Assembly: GCF_964204645.1 (NCBI RefSeq)
Contig: NC_134036.1
Span: 6,230,600 to 6,294,599 of the forward strand
Reading direction: 5' to 3'
Source of the DNA: Tubulanus polymorphus
Lineage: Eukaryota > Animalia > Nemertea
DNA: 64,000 nt
A program made the position numbers and the translations under genes. Position 1 is the first letter of the stretch; each line of letters opens with the position of its first letter. The notes under the pieces were generated by a model that saw only the letters and a list, made by a program, of their open reading frames with translations, was not told where the DNA came from and did not search any database. This document shows positions 1 to 13,710 of this stretch, piece after piece.

Positions 1-2303
1 ATGTGATAGAGACTATAAAATACAAGTCCCGGTATCGCGTTATTGTCACATATTTTACTTATGTGCTCCTGCGATTGGCCGTGGCCTACAGTGATGAAAC
101 GTTTGACCACGATAGGGTTGTAGTCAAACTCTTTTCTAATCGCACACGTTATCTTTGCGATATTTTTTATTATGAATCTGAAGTATAGTATTTTGAATCT
201 GAAATATAGCATTATATACCTATCTCGGATATATATTTTATATGCCAATACTTCATTGGTTTTACCCGCTAATCCTGGATAGTTTGGTGACTGAATAATT
301 CCACACGTTAACACGACGTTACTTTGTCGTTCCCTTATTTTCAACAACCGTTGACATTCACTCCGTAGTTCAACTAGTAATGGATATGTAATGAATGCTC
401 GATCATTAGATACCCGGACAGTGTTTAACATAAGACCGCTATTAAGGAACTGACTATTCAACCGCGTGTGACAGTATCTGTATGGATAGTGATCCTGAAA
501 ACATCGGTCAACTTGATATTCATGCTCCGATAATATGTTAATGTATCTTAGAGGAAGGCGTCGGTTTTCGGGTATAATCACCAGACAATGTGACGTCATA
601 TTGATCTGACGTTCTCCCTCCTTTAAAACGTACCCGTCACAGTCGGTAGGACGAAATCTGAGATATGAATGATAATCGACTGTTAACCAACCGTCCCAGC
701 GATAAGCGTATCCTACTACGGTTACCGATCCACCTGATGTAATCAGACTGACAACTGATCGACTAAAGTCATTGCCGGGACAATACGGACCGTATCGTCT
801 AGCCGTGAAATTACCACCGTCGTATATGTAAAATCCAGCTCGCTCGCAGTTCTCTGATAAAACTGTTAGTTCAAATCTCTCTTCATAAATATCGACTTTC
901 CATCTAGACTCGTATCTAGTGATGCGATATCCAATTGAGTTCTTCCCTGCAGTTGGGAACAGTGATGTTGATTGCATGGACCATATTCCGTTTACTAATA
1001 CCTGACATGAATAAATTAATATTAATGATCTGAAACATTCATTTGTTGATTGTCATATTTAGATACAAATTAACCTCACTAAACACGTGTTACTCACCTG
1101 ACTCTTGACGTATACATCTTTAATCGAGAAAGATTTGATTTTGTAATCTATTTCAAACGTCACATCGTCGTGAAGTGTTTCTTTCAAAACGCACAGTACG
1201 ACGAGGAATCCGTCAGATTTGACACTCAGCGATTCCAGGTAGTTGTAACCGAGTAAAATATCAGTTCCTACAATGCGTAACCCTTCTTGTTTATATACAC
1301 CGATGACGCCACCGGATGTGCTGAGATCACGTGTCCAGTTGAAGACGACGTACTGTAACACCTGCACTGTGATAGACCAGCAGTGTAAGTGTTTTGATCG
1401 AGTTATTACGTGTAAACTGTTGTCATCGGGAATGAGCGCAACCGACTCGTTATTAGAGATCTGAATCAACGGATTTGTGACGTTCCAATCTGATATTTTA
1501 TAAAGCTGAACCAGAAGCTGTGACTTGATTAGAATTTTTTTGTTTACTAAAGTAGCCTTGTTCGTTTTAGTATAAAATGACGATGGTGGATGTCCGGATT
1601 GTTGGTGTATTAGACCTATCGGTTCACTGCTGGAGTTCCATCCGTCGTGAATTTTAAAAGGTGTCTTGACGTAATATTGTGATTTCAGATTGATGAGGGT
1701 TAGATTCATTCCTAAACCGTCTGGCATTCCTATCCATTCAAGAAACATTGTACAAAAACGAATGAATAAATTGAATTTGTATCCCATTGGTGTTTTTAAT
1801 TCATTCACGTTGAGAAATGAGTTTCCACAGTTGTCGCTGATTCTCAATCGGCTTCGTCCATAACGGTATATGATATAAACCCGACTACCTCGCGCACCAT
1901 CGATGCGGCTCCTAAACATCAACGAGATCGAATCTTTGCGGCGGATTTCATGTTTTCCGTTACTGCAGAATCTGATATCAGCCTCGTAGACGAGAAGGTA
2001 GTTATCACTACAGAATATTGACGCCCCGATGTCGTAGTAAAATTGGACGAGAAAAGTTCCCGGTAAAGAGCTGTTGATGAACCAACGACATTCAACACCG
2101 CGCGTTAACGCCGGGTAATTCGGTGAAACGATGTAACCGGACGTAGAATCTAGCGGGTACCACGTGTTGTTACAAGACGAACTTACCGTCACAGACGATT
2201 CCTCGATAGAGTCTGCGCGATCAGCGCGCGCGATGCGAACTTGACAGACGATCAGCGACGCTATAAACAGCGCTCTCAGCCGCTGCTCCATACCGAACAA
2301 CAT
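1..2303 (-). CDS. GRL101-like receptor copy R1, 5' part only (signal peptide + CUB-like exons); runs off the window edge
   Basis: Exon 1 2303-1098 (MLFGMEQRLRALFIASLIVC... CUB motif GYIVSPNYP...CRWFI), donor CAG|GTGAGT, 96-bp intron, acceptor TGTCAG|, exon 2 from 1001 appears open to the edge (YDGGNFTARRYGPYCP, CGIIQSPNYP). Closest to copy R4. Confidence 0.85.
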
Positions 2304-5300
2304 CACTGCGATAGAATGAACGAAATTCGTGTAGTTTCACAGGATCGTTTATTGGTCGGATTACGATCCGATTTCATCCAATCAGAAAATTCGCTCCGTC
2401 GAGTCCAAAATGCTTCAAATATTTCAGCAAAAATGCGGTCGAACATGCCCATGAAAACGCAACAGGATAAATACGTTCTCGGTTTTCGCATTTATTTTAG
2501 TTTTGGTTTATTCACTCATTTCTTTATGTTCTATCCATACAATCATTAAACTCCATCCACTCAAAACTACCAAACCTTCACCGACCAGAAATATTCTACT
2601 CCTTATTTCTGATACAATATACAAATGATTTTGATTTCGTTCATGTGGATCGTAGACGATATTCCAAATTCGTATCGTCGAATGAAACAGATGGAAAAGG
2701 TGATCGAATATTTAGAAAGATGAAATTCTAGTCAATGTTGAATCTATAACTGCGTATATATCAGCGTTTTACAAACCTCATTAACAGCGAAAACGCTGTT
2801 TATTCTGATCTTGGGTAGAATGTTGAAATTGTCGAAAATCAATGGTAGCTAAAATTATACAAATCTCATTTTCTAATGAATATATGAATTTATTCTAGCA
2901 AACGTTTTCGAGTGTTACATTTTCCCCTCTTCGGGAATAGCGCAAGTAATTAGATTCTCATATCATACTGGTATCGATTTGATTAATATCTAGAATATGA
3001 AAATCAAACTCAATCTCATTGAACACAAATCTCCGATATGAGGCCAATAGAAATTCGTAGAAAATAAAAAAAATATTTTGCGCATTTTGAATGCATGTGA
3101 CATTTGATGTGGGCGAAACGAATTCGGACGAAATTTCACGAAATGTTGAGCAACGACTATATTTTCCACATTCATTGCGTAGGAATCTTCTTTCAACAAG
3201 TTGGATGTAGGTACACCAATCCTGAGTTGTATAATTTGAAAAGGACTGAATTAACGGTACATGTTCGATTTTGCAATAAAAAAGAATAATATTCGGTCAA
3301 ATTCAGATATCTGCATCAGGTATTTTCTAGAGAATTCCATGCCTTACCTTGTGATTGATTAAAACACAAAAGAAAGTTTCTTTACTTTTAATGATATCCC
3401 AAATATGAATATTTCGCTAAATTGAAAGCTACCTCGCAGATATAGCTTAACTACATATATAGGTCACGCGTATTTGAAATGTCATGCATATCTCAGCATT
3501 TTCTAGAATCGGATGTATGACTTAGATACTGAATAGATATTGCAGCAAGGCGCGTGGTGTTAAACGCCTCGAGGCAGTTACTGTAAAATCGGTCTAGCTT
3601 TCTGAACACGACAGCAGTTTTTACTATGTATCATGTTTCCCTCTACATGACATATATTCACTGGTTTCGTGCGCTGCAGTTCTTTTGTAAACCCGGGTTT
3701 AGTTAATGCATACATTACATTATCATTAAACTTTCAAATTCACATCTTTTAAACGAAGATGACTTTAATTAGCAGATTAGCAGATTGGATGGACGCTACC
3801 ATTAAATCCGTGAAATAACAATTAGAAAACTAGATTTCAACTTGATTCAATTATGTTTTTAGCAGATTGCAAAAAATGTTTTGGAAGGACAATACCGCTC
3901 CTTGAAATAACAGTTAGAAAAATAGCGTCCAATTTGATTCAACTATGTTTTGCTTCTAGACAGGGAAACAGCGCGTGGGACTTGCGTGTCAGAATTCGGT
4001 TGATGAGTGGTCAACTTAGTTAATTTATTCAGATTACTAAAACCATATCAGTGTGTGCATGTGTGGAAAACGTGACTCGTACTTTCTTTTGGGTGAGAAA
4101 AACCAAGCGTTGTTTTACGCGATGCAAACCAACGCACATTGAAGTAAATACATCTTGGAAAATTTGAAGCTTGGTTCGTGGAGAGCATGTCAAAATCTGG
4201 TGATTTAGTCCAAATCGTCCGCACTATATAGCTAAGCTGTCTGACTACGTAGTTCTTTTCAAAAGTTACATACCGATATCTGAATTCACGAGGAGATATT
4301 AGCCAGATATTTTATTTTTTATAAAACGTGCTGATTAACGTATTCAATTGATCCAATATGTCCATGAACTCATAACGTATATGGTCGGATGCGTATTTCA
4401 ACGGCGAGAGTATGTGGAAAAAAACTTCCTGGGAAGCTTAAACAAAAATATATCATCATATGAACTTTATTTATCTTTTTTTAACCACAACTGTTTACAA
4501 ATACATTATATATTTTACATTATGTTTAAACATGTAATAGATAAGGAATGCTTATTGAGACGAGGGAATATGATTAATAATTTGTAGCTCTAGCCGAACA
4601 TATTTGTATTGGAAAAAAAGATATTTTACTGCTCTCTAGAGTCGCCTATTGAGAATAGAAAGCACGTGAAGAAGAATTTCATTGTTTTACAAACAAAACC
4701 CATTTCTGATATGAAACACTCGATTTTCCTTTTGCTGCGCTAGCTTCCGACGTGTATTGAAATCAATAGATGATTTATTCTAGGTAACAATACTAATGAC
4801 AGTCAATTTTTGAAGTCGAACAAATTCATCATTCGGGTGATGTCAAAATTGTGAGAGAACTGTTCTTTTGGTTAACTTGTCTTATGTAATTATCCATTTA
4901 AATACCTCTACTAACTACCGACGGCACACGAGTATAGTAGTGCAGGGACTGTTTAGATAGTTGTAAACGGAGAATTCTTGTTGTACTGGTGCTAAAAGAA
5001 ATCGTCTCTTTGATTCTAGGAAATACTAACCGTTCGAAAAAAGACCAACGGCATTGTAGGCTTTAGCAATTGTATCACTCAAAGCGAAATGTTTTATTAC
5101 GTTTTCAGAGTTGAATTCTCATTAGAAATTGGAGAAAGAAGACATTTTCGAGGCTGGATTTGATACGCATAATGCGAGGAAGGAAAATGATGTTTTTGGC
5201 AGAATATTTTCACCCGCGATATGAAGTACTAGCGGTTTGTTGTGGTTATATAGCTTGAGACGACAAGTGCCGCGTGGTTTGCGCACGCAGAGGTGAGCAT

Positions 5301-8300
5301 ACGATTTCTGATGTATTTTGATCACGTATCGAGTTTATTCTCACGGCACCGGTTCCAAATTCGAGTCTTAAGTCCGAAATTTGTCTTAACAGCATTTACA
5401 ATTAAATGTGCATTTCATTCTAAAGTCTTTCGATTGACTATAGAATTAATGTTAACTTAATCTGGTCTGTAGTCTGATTTAACTAAGGAACCGGCCCCTG
5501 AAGTCGTGTCTTTTTATTTCGAATGACCACCCATATTAGTCGACATCGCTGCAGATGTCTGAAATATGTCTAGTGTTTTATTGATAGCGTGTAATATCTA
5601 CGCGGATTCCGCAAAAACGAACACAAACTTTTACTAGAAAATTTTAGCCCGCTTCATGTATTTTTATTGCTGGAACCTAAACCGTGACTTAGTCAATTTC
5701 GGTGTAGTTTATCACATTATCATCTTTAGTAAAACCCACCTAGATAAAGGCTTACAATACACACAATATCATGTTAAATTACGAGCCCCTGACGGTCGTA
5801 AGGTCGCCCTTTTTAACCAGATAAAAACATATTTGATAATTTAGAAATGTGTAAGAATGAGATATATTATAGCAATCATATAGTCTCCTAATTGAATCAG
5901 ATTGACGTAATATTCCGACATAAGAACAAGTTCATAATACACGTAACACACGAGTGCCTTGCTGAGGGAGAACTTTTCATTTTAGAACGCAACTAATACC
6001 CCGTTTATACCCAGTTAAGTAGTTGATTTGTGCAAATTTCAACAATTTCTATATTGAATGTACTCTTAAACCGTGATAATCGCGACGACTTACATATCGA
6101 TGCTGCAGTTTCACCTGTAGAGCTTTTTTTGTAAAAATCTGTAATTGCGCATTTAATTTCATATTTGGATGTATTCATAATTGTTTCGTGTTAATTGTCT
6201 TTGTGAACGGCGATGGATCAAATCAAACGGTTACCGCTTAGTGAAATCGTCTTGTTCGCGTTAACGATTTCAAAGAATAGAGAAAAAGAAACTGATTGGA
6301 TCGAAAAAAAATGTCCGATGAAACACGCAGTAAATACAACAACATTAAACACAAATTGAGATTTGCTTTTATTTCATGAATTCAAACAACGTTTCGGATA
6401 TAAACTAATAGCTGTGCGCACTTTATACTAAGGCGGGTTTCGAACTGTGGTATCGAGTACCATTAAATTCGGCTCCCTACTGAGACAGGTTGGACGTACG
6501 TATCTACTGAGCCGGTGTTTCGAACCGAACCAGAAATTCAAACTATCGGATCGGTATATCATAACTATCAGGACTAAACCGTCCGGGAGCGCACTTCTCG
6601 AAAACGACATCAAATATATTCAGTCTTTCAAAATACGCATTTGTACTTTTATCTAGCTGTTTAGTCTATCTTCAACGATAATGATGAAAGATACATTCAA
6701 CCCTTTCGTAACGTGGTACGCGGTCACCGGTGACTCGCATTTTCGTAGAGAATCTACTTGATACCAATGCGCCATCTACCGCAAAACCTTAAGTATTTCA
6801 GCTACTATGCACCTACGGTCGTTTCGAAAGATATTTTGCGGATCAATATTAATTGGTATATTTCTCTAATTGCGATGACTACCTTGCTACATTAAATCAG
6901 CCGTAATGTTTTGATGGATAGGAAATTTTACCATCAAATTCTCAGATAATCATCAGAACACACTGCAGAAAAGAGTAGCAGGCTAGGAATAGCAATTGGT
7001 AGTATTTCGCATTTTATTTGAGCTTTTTCTGAAAAAGAACATAAAGACTATGTAAATTGGGTTACGTAAGTGCACCATATAATTAACATGAGCATATTTT
7101 TTTTGTAACCAGCTATTGTGCCCTACTGTGGGTACGGTACCTCTTTAGTAACGCTTACAGTATCTCTTTACCGGGGGTTTTGTTTAATCACCCGGAGAAT
7201 TTCTGGCTGAGTACGGTCGGTGGGTTTATGGTCAGTAGTGAAATACTTTCAACCAGGAGTGTTTCAATTGAGTGTTGAGTGTATAGGAGATACAGCGATC
7301 CGAATTGAAAGCTGTAACCCGTGTGTAACGATTAATACTCCATACATCCATTGCATATACTGACACGTTAATGATATCTAGTAATTGAACAAATGTAACG
7401 AATTCATTGCATGCGAAAAAACGGTGAAAAGTGAACAACGCAAAATAAGGGGGGGGGGGGGGAGTCTAGTGTATATAATGATGATTTATCATGAAATATC
7501 CCCGACAGAAAATAAAATTGAAAGATCGTTTTGACTGGCGATATATACCAAACACTCTGCGCTATTTCATTTATCTGTTCGATGTTGCCTGCGTTTAGTT
7601 TTTGCTCGTATAGATTTCATATCGATAGTCAGTATTGTGTAAAGAAGGGGATTGAGGGACGAGTTGATCGGTAAGAAAAGAACCGCCAGCCAAGCTGCCA
7701 CCTGATTCGGTATTTCTACCCGTAATACCGCACAAATCTGAACGGTTATTAACGGCAGCCAGCAAAATAGATTACACAGATTTATCACCAAACTCCTGCG
7801 TGCTAAAACTAATTCTGTAGGGTCAATTCTACCTGAACAAGACCTACTTCCAGATACGAGTCTGTACATTTGTACATACGTTGCCATTATCGTAGTGAGT
7901 ATGAATGAGTTGGATAATGAAAAAATAGCTAATGAATATTGCCAGGCATTGACTTCAATTGAAATTAAATTCATCGGTAAACAAACTCCGGTTGTACCGT
8001 AAAAATTGTTTCCGAAGTAAGGGATAGGTGTTAGAGGTAGCAATGCAATAGCACACAAAATAATCCAAGATGTGCAACAAATAGCGCACACATATTTAGG
8101 AGATGTAATTGCACTTCCTGAAAATGGATTAACGATATTTGTGAACCTATGACGTGTCATGATGAGCAAAAATATCAATGAACCTTCACAAGAGATAGAC
8201 ACCGTTATCCCAGCAAGACGACAAAATGGACTATCCATCCAAAATTCCGAATTGAGAAAGTAAATGCCAGAATAAATGTAATCGGCTCCAGCGATCAGAA

Positions 8301-8420
8301 ACAAATATATAGACATTATGAAATCACACACAGCAACATTAATGATGATGATATCTGAAGATGGATTTGAGGAGGAAAATCGAATCGATCGAATGCGAAG
8401 TGAAATGACAATTCCGTTAG
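1059..8420. repeat. Segmental duplication unit, near-identical to ~44065-51200
   Basis: R1 exon 1, the whole intergenic spacer and the R2 7TM match R4 exon 1, its spacer and the R5 7TM; the same spurious ORFs recur at an offset of ~43 kb. Confidence 0.9.
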
Positions 8421-11400
8421 CGATGGAACTGAATGAAGCGATCACCCAAATGATAGCTCTGAGGACTGTGTTACTCATCAGATCAGAACAGGAGGAAAAT
8501 TGATCAGCTTCCGGAAGGCACTGGTCAACATTCGGAGCCATGCAGCAAAATTTGTAGGCATCAGACTTTAAGGAGACCAATGATGTCAGATTGTTGAAAA
8601 CATTTCTGTCGACAGAAATAACTTTGTAGTTGTTGGTTATATCAAGAATTTCAAGTGAAGTTAATCCAGAAAATGCGTAAAGCGAAATATGATGGATTCT
8701 GTTATTGCTGATTTTCAACGACTGTAATGTAGATAAACCTCGAAATACGTTTCTACCAAGCACCAACAACGAAAGTTCATGAAGGTCGAGAACTTTAAGT
8801 GACTTCAAATCTTGGAAGGTATCGTCCTGTAAATGACGTATTGGATTTTCAGTAATCAATAACTCTTTCAAACTATACAAACCGATGAATGTTTTTGCAG
8901 ATAATGATGTTATGTTGTTGTATGTAAGATCTAATGTATGTAGATTATGCAGGTTTGAGAACGATTTAGGTAAAATATAAGACAATTCATTGGCGGAGAT
9001 GTTGAGCATGCGCAAATAGATATATGAAAGGAATGTCGACATGTCTAAAGTAATTTCGTTATTCGACAAAATTAAGACACGAGTTGATGCCGAAAAAAGA
9101 TCAGTAATATTTGTTAAACCAGCATTTCGGCAATCGATCAAGTAACCTTGACACATACAACCTTCATAGCAGGTTACGTTACAGAAAGCCTCGTCATCAG
9201 TTTTATGTTTACAACTAATGACACCATCGCAAACTTCAAATTGTGGGATACATCGATTTTCGTGGCCACATTTAAACATTCCCGGACATGAAAACGTCTC
9301 GCAGTTTTGTTCATCTTCTGAATTAGGACAATCTGACTGACCATCGCACACCTGTCTGATCGGTATACAGTACGATGCTGGACATTTTACAGTACCAGCT
9401 GGACATTCAAAATCTTCACATCTTAACACGTGCTCGAGATTTCTACAAACTGGGTAACCATTCGTCATTCTTTCTAGAATACATCTGTGACGTCTTGAAT
9501 AACAATGAGGCGAATTGAAAGAACATCTTTGTTCGTCAGATTCAATGCAGAAATTAGTGAAGTTAGTCGTACAGTGGTTCTCATTGTTGCAATAAACAGT
9601 AGGATTCACTGTAACATTAGTAGTTGTTACTAATTCATCTTCTTCGAGGCTTCCACTACAATCCACGACACCATCCTGATACAACTGAGAACTGATACAG
9701 TCTCCACTGTTACACAGGAAACCTTGACACATTTGAGAAGTGCATCCCATTTCATCGGATCCGTCTTTACAATTAGTGAATCCATCGCATCTGTTAGAAA
9801 TACTGATACATTGACCACTTTGGCAGCGAAATTGTTCGGACAAACACGGGGGATGAAAACATGCGTTTTCATCAGAACCATCCACACAATCCTGTATGAA
9901 ATCACAGAAACCACTTACTGATATAATCTGTCCATCATTGCATTGAAACTGACTGTGAAAATGTATATCCGTACAATTGAGTTCATCTTCACCGTGTTGA
10001 CAGTCGTGTCTGGTATCACATACGCGATGGTCGCTGATACATCTTTGATCGTTACATTTAAACTGCCACGATTTACAACCGCTTATAGAAGTTAACTCTT
10101 CATCAGTTACATTGTATGAACACAGAACAGAATGCGCTGTATCTGATTGATTATACCACGGTATCAATGCCCAATTAATCGAGTGATTATAAGTAATTTC
10201 ATCCCTAGTAACAAATGGTTTTATATTCAACCACTGATTCCAAAAACCCTTAGTTAGAATAGCGCCATATTGGTGCTGATAATTAAATCTACCAATCAAA
10301 ATTTGAAGGTGCATCGGATCCCGTATCAAACCGACTTCACCGCGGATTCCATGACACAATTTTCTTGATTTCCCAATATCTAAACTTCGGTTTTTGTTCC
10401 AATCTGTCAGTATTTGGTAACATTGTCCAGCTATACCTAACCAACCCATTGTACAAGTTGCATTTACTGTATCATAAATAAAAATGTGTTGTTTATTAGT
10501 TTCGGATGACGACTTATTGGTTGAGTTGCTTCCTCTCTCAGTTATATTTCTGACACTGATTCTGTCCGATTCGCAAATAAAAGTCGTGTGACTCTCTTCG
10601 AGTTCGCAGGGGAAACGAACCCAGTTCGCTGATCCTCGTGGATTATTCAGTATCATCGCCGTACACGGCATATTGACGTCATTTATCGGTTGTTTTCTGA
10701 GATGAGATATCAATCCTTGAATTACTTCTGGTATCGTGTCGTTATTTGTAGGTTGATACCACTCTGTGTAGCTCAATGGTTTTCCATCAGTCCACGTGTA
10801 ATAACCATTTACAAGCTGAAAATATAACCCTCAGACATTTACGAATGTGTTCCATGTGCAGGTAAGGTTTTGGCCTAGAATACAGTAATCTACCTGCAGT
10901 TTCAACCCAATCATCATTATGAACGCTCTCTGCGAATACACATCTAAGATGAGCGGCCTTGTAGAGAATAATGTTTTAATAGACATTATTTCCTGTTGTG
11001 AGTTGATACTGAGTAGATGTCCCGCGTATTTCTGTTTACAGTACAATTCAGCATTCTCCCAATTTAGACGTTTATCTCTGATGTATTTTACGCAAGCGAT
11101 TCCCGTATTAATAAATCCTGTTTTACAGACATTTTCAATCTGCTTTATTGGTAACTGTTCCTCTAGTACGTACTGTATGCGAAATTTGGGTACTCGGTTT
11201 TTCACCTCGAAGCGCGTGTTAGTATTAATATAACTGTAAAACGTAACTCCCGGTTCGGCAAACGTTTCGCATAGTTTGATTACGTGTCGGGCTGTGCGTC
11301 TCTGGTAACCAACTTCCTGGACGAACGCGACGGACTCCAGTTTGTGTCTCGATTCCTTAATACACGACGTCTGTTCCATTGTTTTGATGACGAATCGGTA

Positions 11401-13567
11401 AAAGTGAATTCGGGTCCTTACATATCGGAAATTGATCAAGTATTCCAACGTAACGGATAACGGATTAGATGACCCTGGGTAGTTTGGTGACTGCACGATT
11501 CCGCAATCGCCTTCAGTTCGCTCCCACCAGTCAGTTATTACTGCATGTTTTCTCAATGTTTGGCAAATGCGCCGCAATTCGACGAAGTACGGTCTTATCC
11601 AGACATAATCCGCCCTCCGGAATGTGACAGTGTGCAGCACGAGACTGTTATTGAGACGCTGGATACTGAGACGCATTGCATGTCTACATGTTGTGCGCGA
11701 TGTTCTGTTATCGCGCATGCATCCACCGATCTCATATTCGCTCTGTGATAATATGTGAATACTATGTAGTAAAACTGCTCGGTTTTCTGGTGTAATCCTG
11801 AAACAGCGTGACGTCTGCGGCATTGTAACCCGGTTTTCTCCTTCACGCATAGTATATCCATCACAGTCGGTCGGACGTAACTTTAAAGATCCGCTGGCCA
11901 TCCGTTGCTTGCTTCGACTGTTATAAATATAGCCTACTACGATGACCGGGCCGCCTGATGAAATCAGACTGACGACACTTCGTCGATAACCCGACGAACC
12001 AGGACAATACGGACCGTATCGTCTAGCCGTGAAATTACCACCGTCGTATATGTAATATCCGGTATTTTCACAATTCACAGACACCATTTTCAATTGTAGA
12101 TCTCTTTCGTAGATTTCAACTTTCCATGTGAATCTGTACAGGTTGACGCGATAATTCAACTTCCTTGTCGGAAATGGAAGCAGCGAAAAAAATGCCATCG
12201 ACTTCGTAGACAGTTTGAATCTGTTGTCTATCTATATATTTGAGCAAAAGATTAATTCATTTCATTAGTAATCATAGCTGCGAATCTCCTTCGATGGAGT
12301 GTAAATATGAGTGCATCAATGATCTGATACCTACTCTGGGTAGAATGATGCGCAATTTAGACATCGATATTGGTTTCATTCTGAAGTCTATTCTAACAGT
12401 CGATTCCGCGATGTTCGGTCTCGTTAAAACGCACAGTATGACGAGAAAGCCGTCAGATTTGACACTCAGTGATTCCAGGTAGTTGTAACCGAGTAAAATA
12501 TCAGTTCCTACAACGCGCAACGCTTCTAATTTATAAACACCAATGACGTCACCGGATATGACGAGAAAACGTGTCCAGTTGAAGACGACGTACTGTAACA
12601 CCTGCACTGTGATAGACCAACAGTGTAAGTGTTTTGATCGAGTTATTACGTGTAAACTGTTATCATCGGGAATGAGCACTCCCGACTCGCTATTAGAGAT
12701 CTGAATCAACGGATTAGATACGTTCCAATCTGATATTTTATAAATCTGTACTAAAAGTTTAGTCGTTGTTTTGCGTTGATTTGACACATAAATCAATGCC
12801 TTGTTTGTTTTGGTATAAAACGATGACGGCTGTTGTCCGCTCTGTGCACCTATAAGCGCTATCGGCTCACTGCTGATGTTCCAGCCTTCATAGATACGAA
12901 AATTCACCGCTGGATCGACGCCACCGAAATAATATAGTTTAAGGTCCAGATCAACGAATGTTAAATTCATAGCAAAACCATCCGGGATGCCGTTCCATTC
13001 GACGAACAGCTGACATCGGTGATGAAAGAACATCGTGAATTTGTATCCGGTCGATGTTTTCAATTCGTGCACTTTAAAATTCCAGATCCCGCATCCGTGG
13101 CTGATTCTCAATCGACTTCGATCAGAACGATATATGACATAAACCCGACTACCTCGTGCGCCATCGACGTTACTCTTAAACATCAACGAGATCGAATCGT
13201 TACGGCGAATTTCATGTTTTCCATCACCACAGAATCTGTTATCAGACTCGTAGACGAGGAAGTAATTATCACTACAGAATATTGACGGCTCGATATCGAA
13301 TTTCGTTTGGATGAAGAAAGTTCCTGATAAAGAACTGTTGATGAACCAACGACATTCAACACCGCGCGTAAACGAAGGGTAATTCGGTGAAACGATGTAA
13401 CCGGACGTAGAATCTAGCGGGTACCACGTGTTGTTACAAGACGAACTTACCGTCACAGACGATTCCTCGATAGAGTCTGCGCGATCAGCGCGCGCGATGC
13501 GAATTTGACAGACGATCAGCGACGAAATAAACAGCGCTCCCAGGCGCTGCTCCACACCGAACAACAT
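7567..13567 (-). CDS. GRL101-like LGR GPCR copy R2 (CUBs-CTL-LDLa-LRR-7TM), ~1939 aa, 3 exons
   Basis: Exons 13567-12335, 12231-10894, 10815-7567, joined by phase-0 GT-AG introns of 103 and 78 bp. The CTL motif is rebuilt across intron 2 (MIGLKLQ|LVNGYYTWTDGKPLSYTEW). LDLa repeats (CDGQSDCPNSEDE), LRRs, hinge FCC...DQFSSCSDLM, 7TM ending LPINSSLNPLLYT. Confidence 0.9.
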
Positions 13568-13679
13568 CACTGCGACAGAATGAACGAAATTCATCAAGTT
13601 TCAAAGAATCTGTCATTGGTCGGATCATGATCCGCTTTCATCCTATCAGAAAATTCGCTTACCCGAGTACATATAACTA

Positions 13680-13683
<4 letters not shown>

Positions 13684-13710
<27 letters not shown>
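13684..13710. repeat. (TA)n microsatellite
   Basis: Direct reading. Confidence 0.9.

Noticed and set aside
4770-4860. Possible knottin signal exon after TTTATTCTAGGTA in the receptor spacers
   Set aside because: Only the acceptor-like motif matches; the following ATG hits a stop after five codons and there is no Cys exon.
2241-7438. Short ORFs conserved between 2-7 kb and 45-49 kb
   Set aside because: Conservation reflects recent DNA duplication; there are no recognisable domains, and they are broken in the more distant spacer copies.
10831-13597. Separate CUB and CUB-CTL proteins as called in the ORF track (operon-like triplets)
   Set aside because: Many starts are TTG/GTG, and the ORF ends run into introns; conserved in-frame splice sites join them into single genes.
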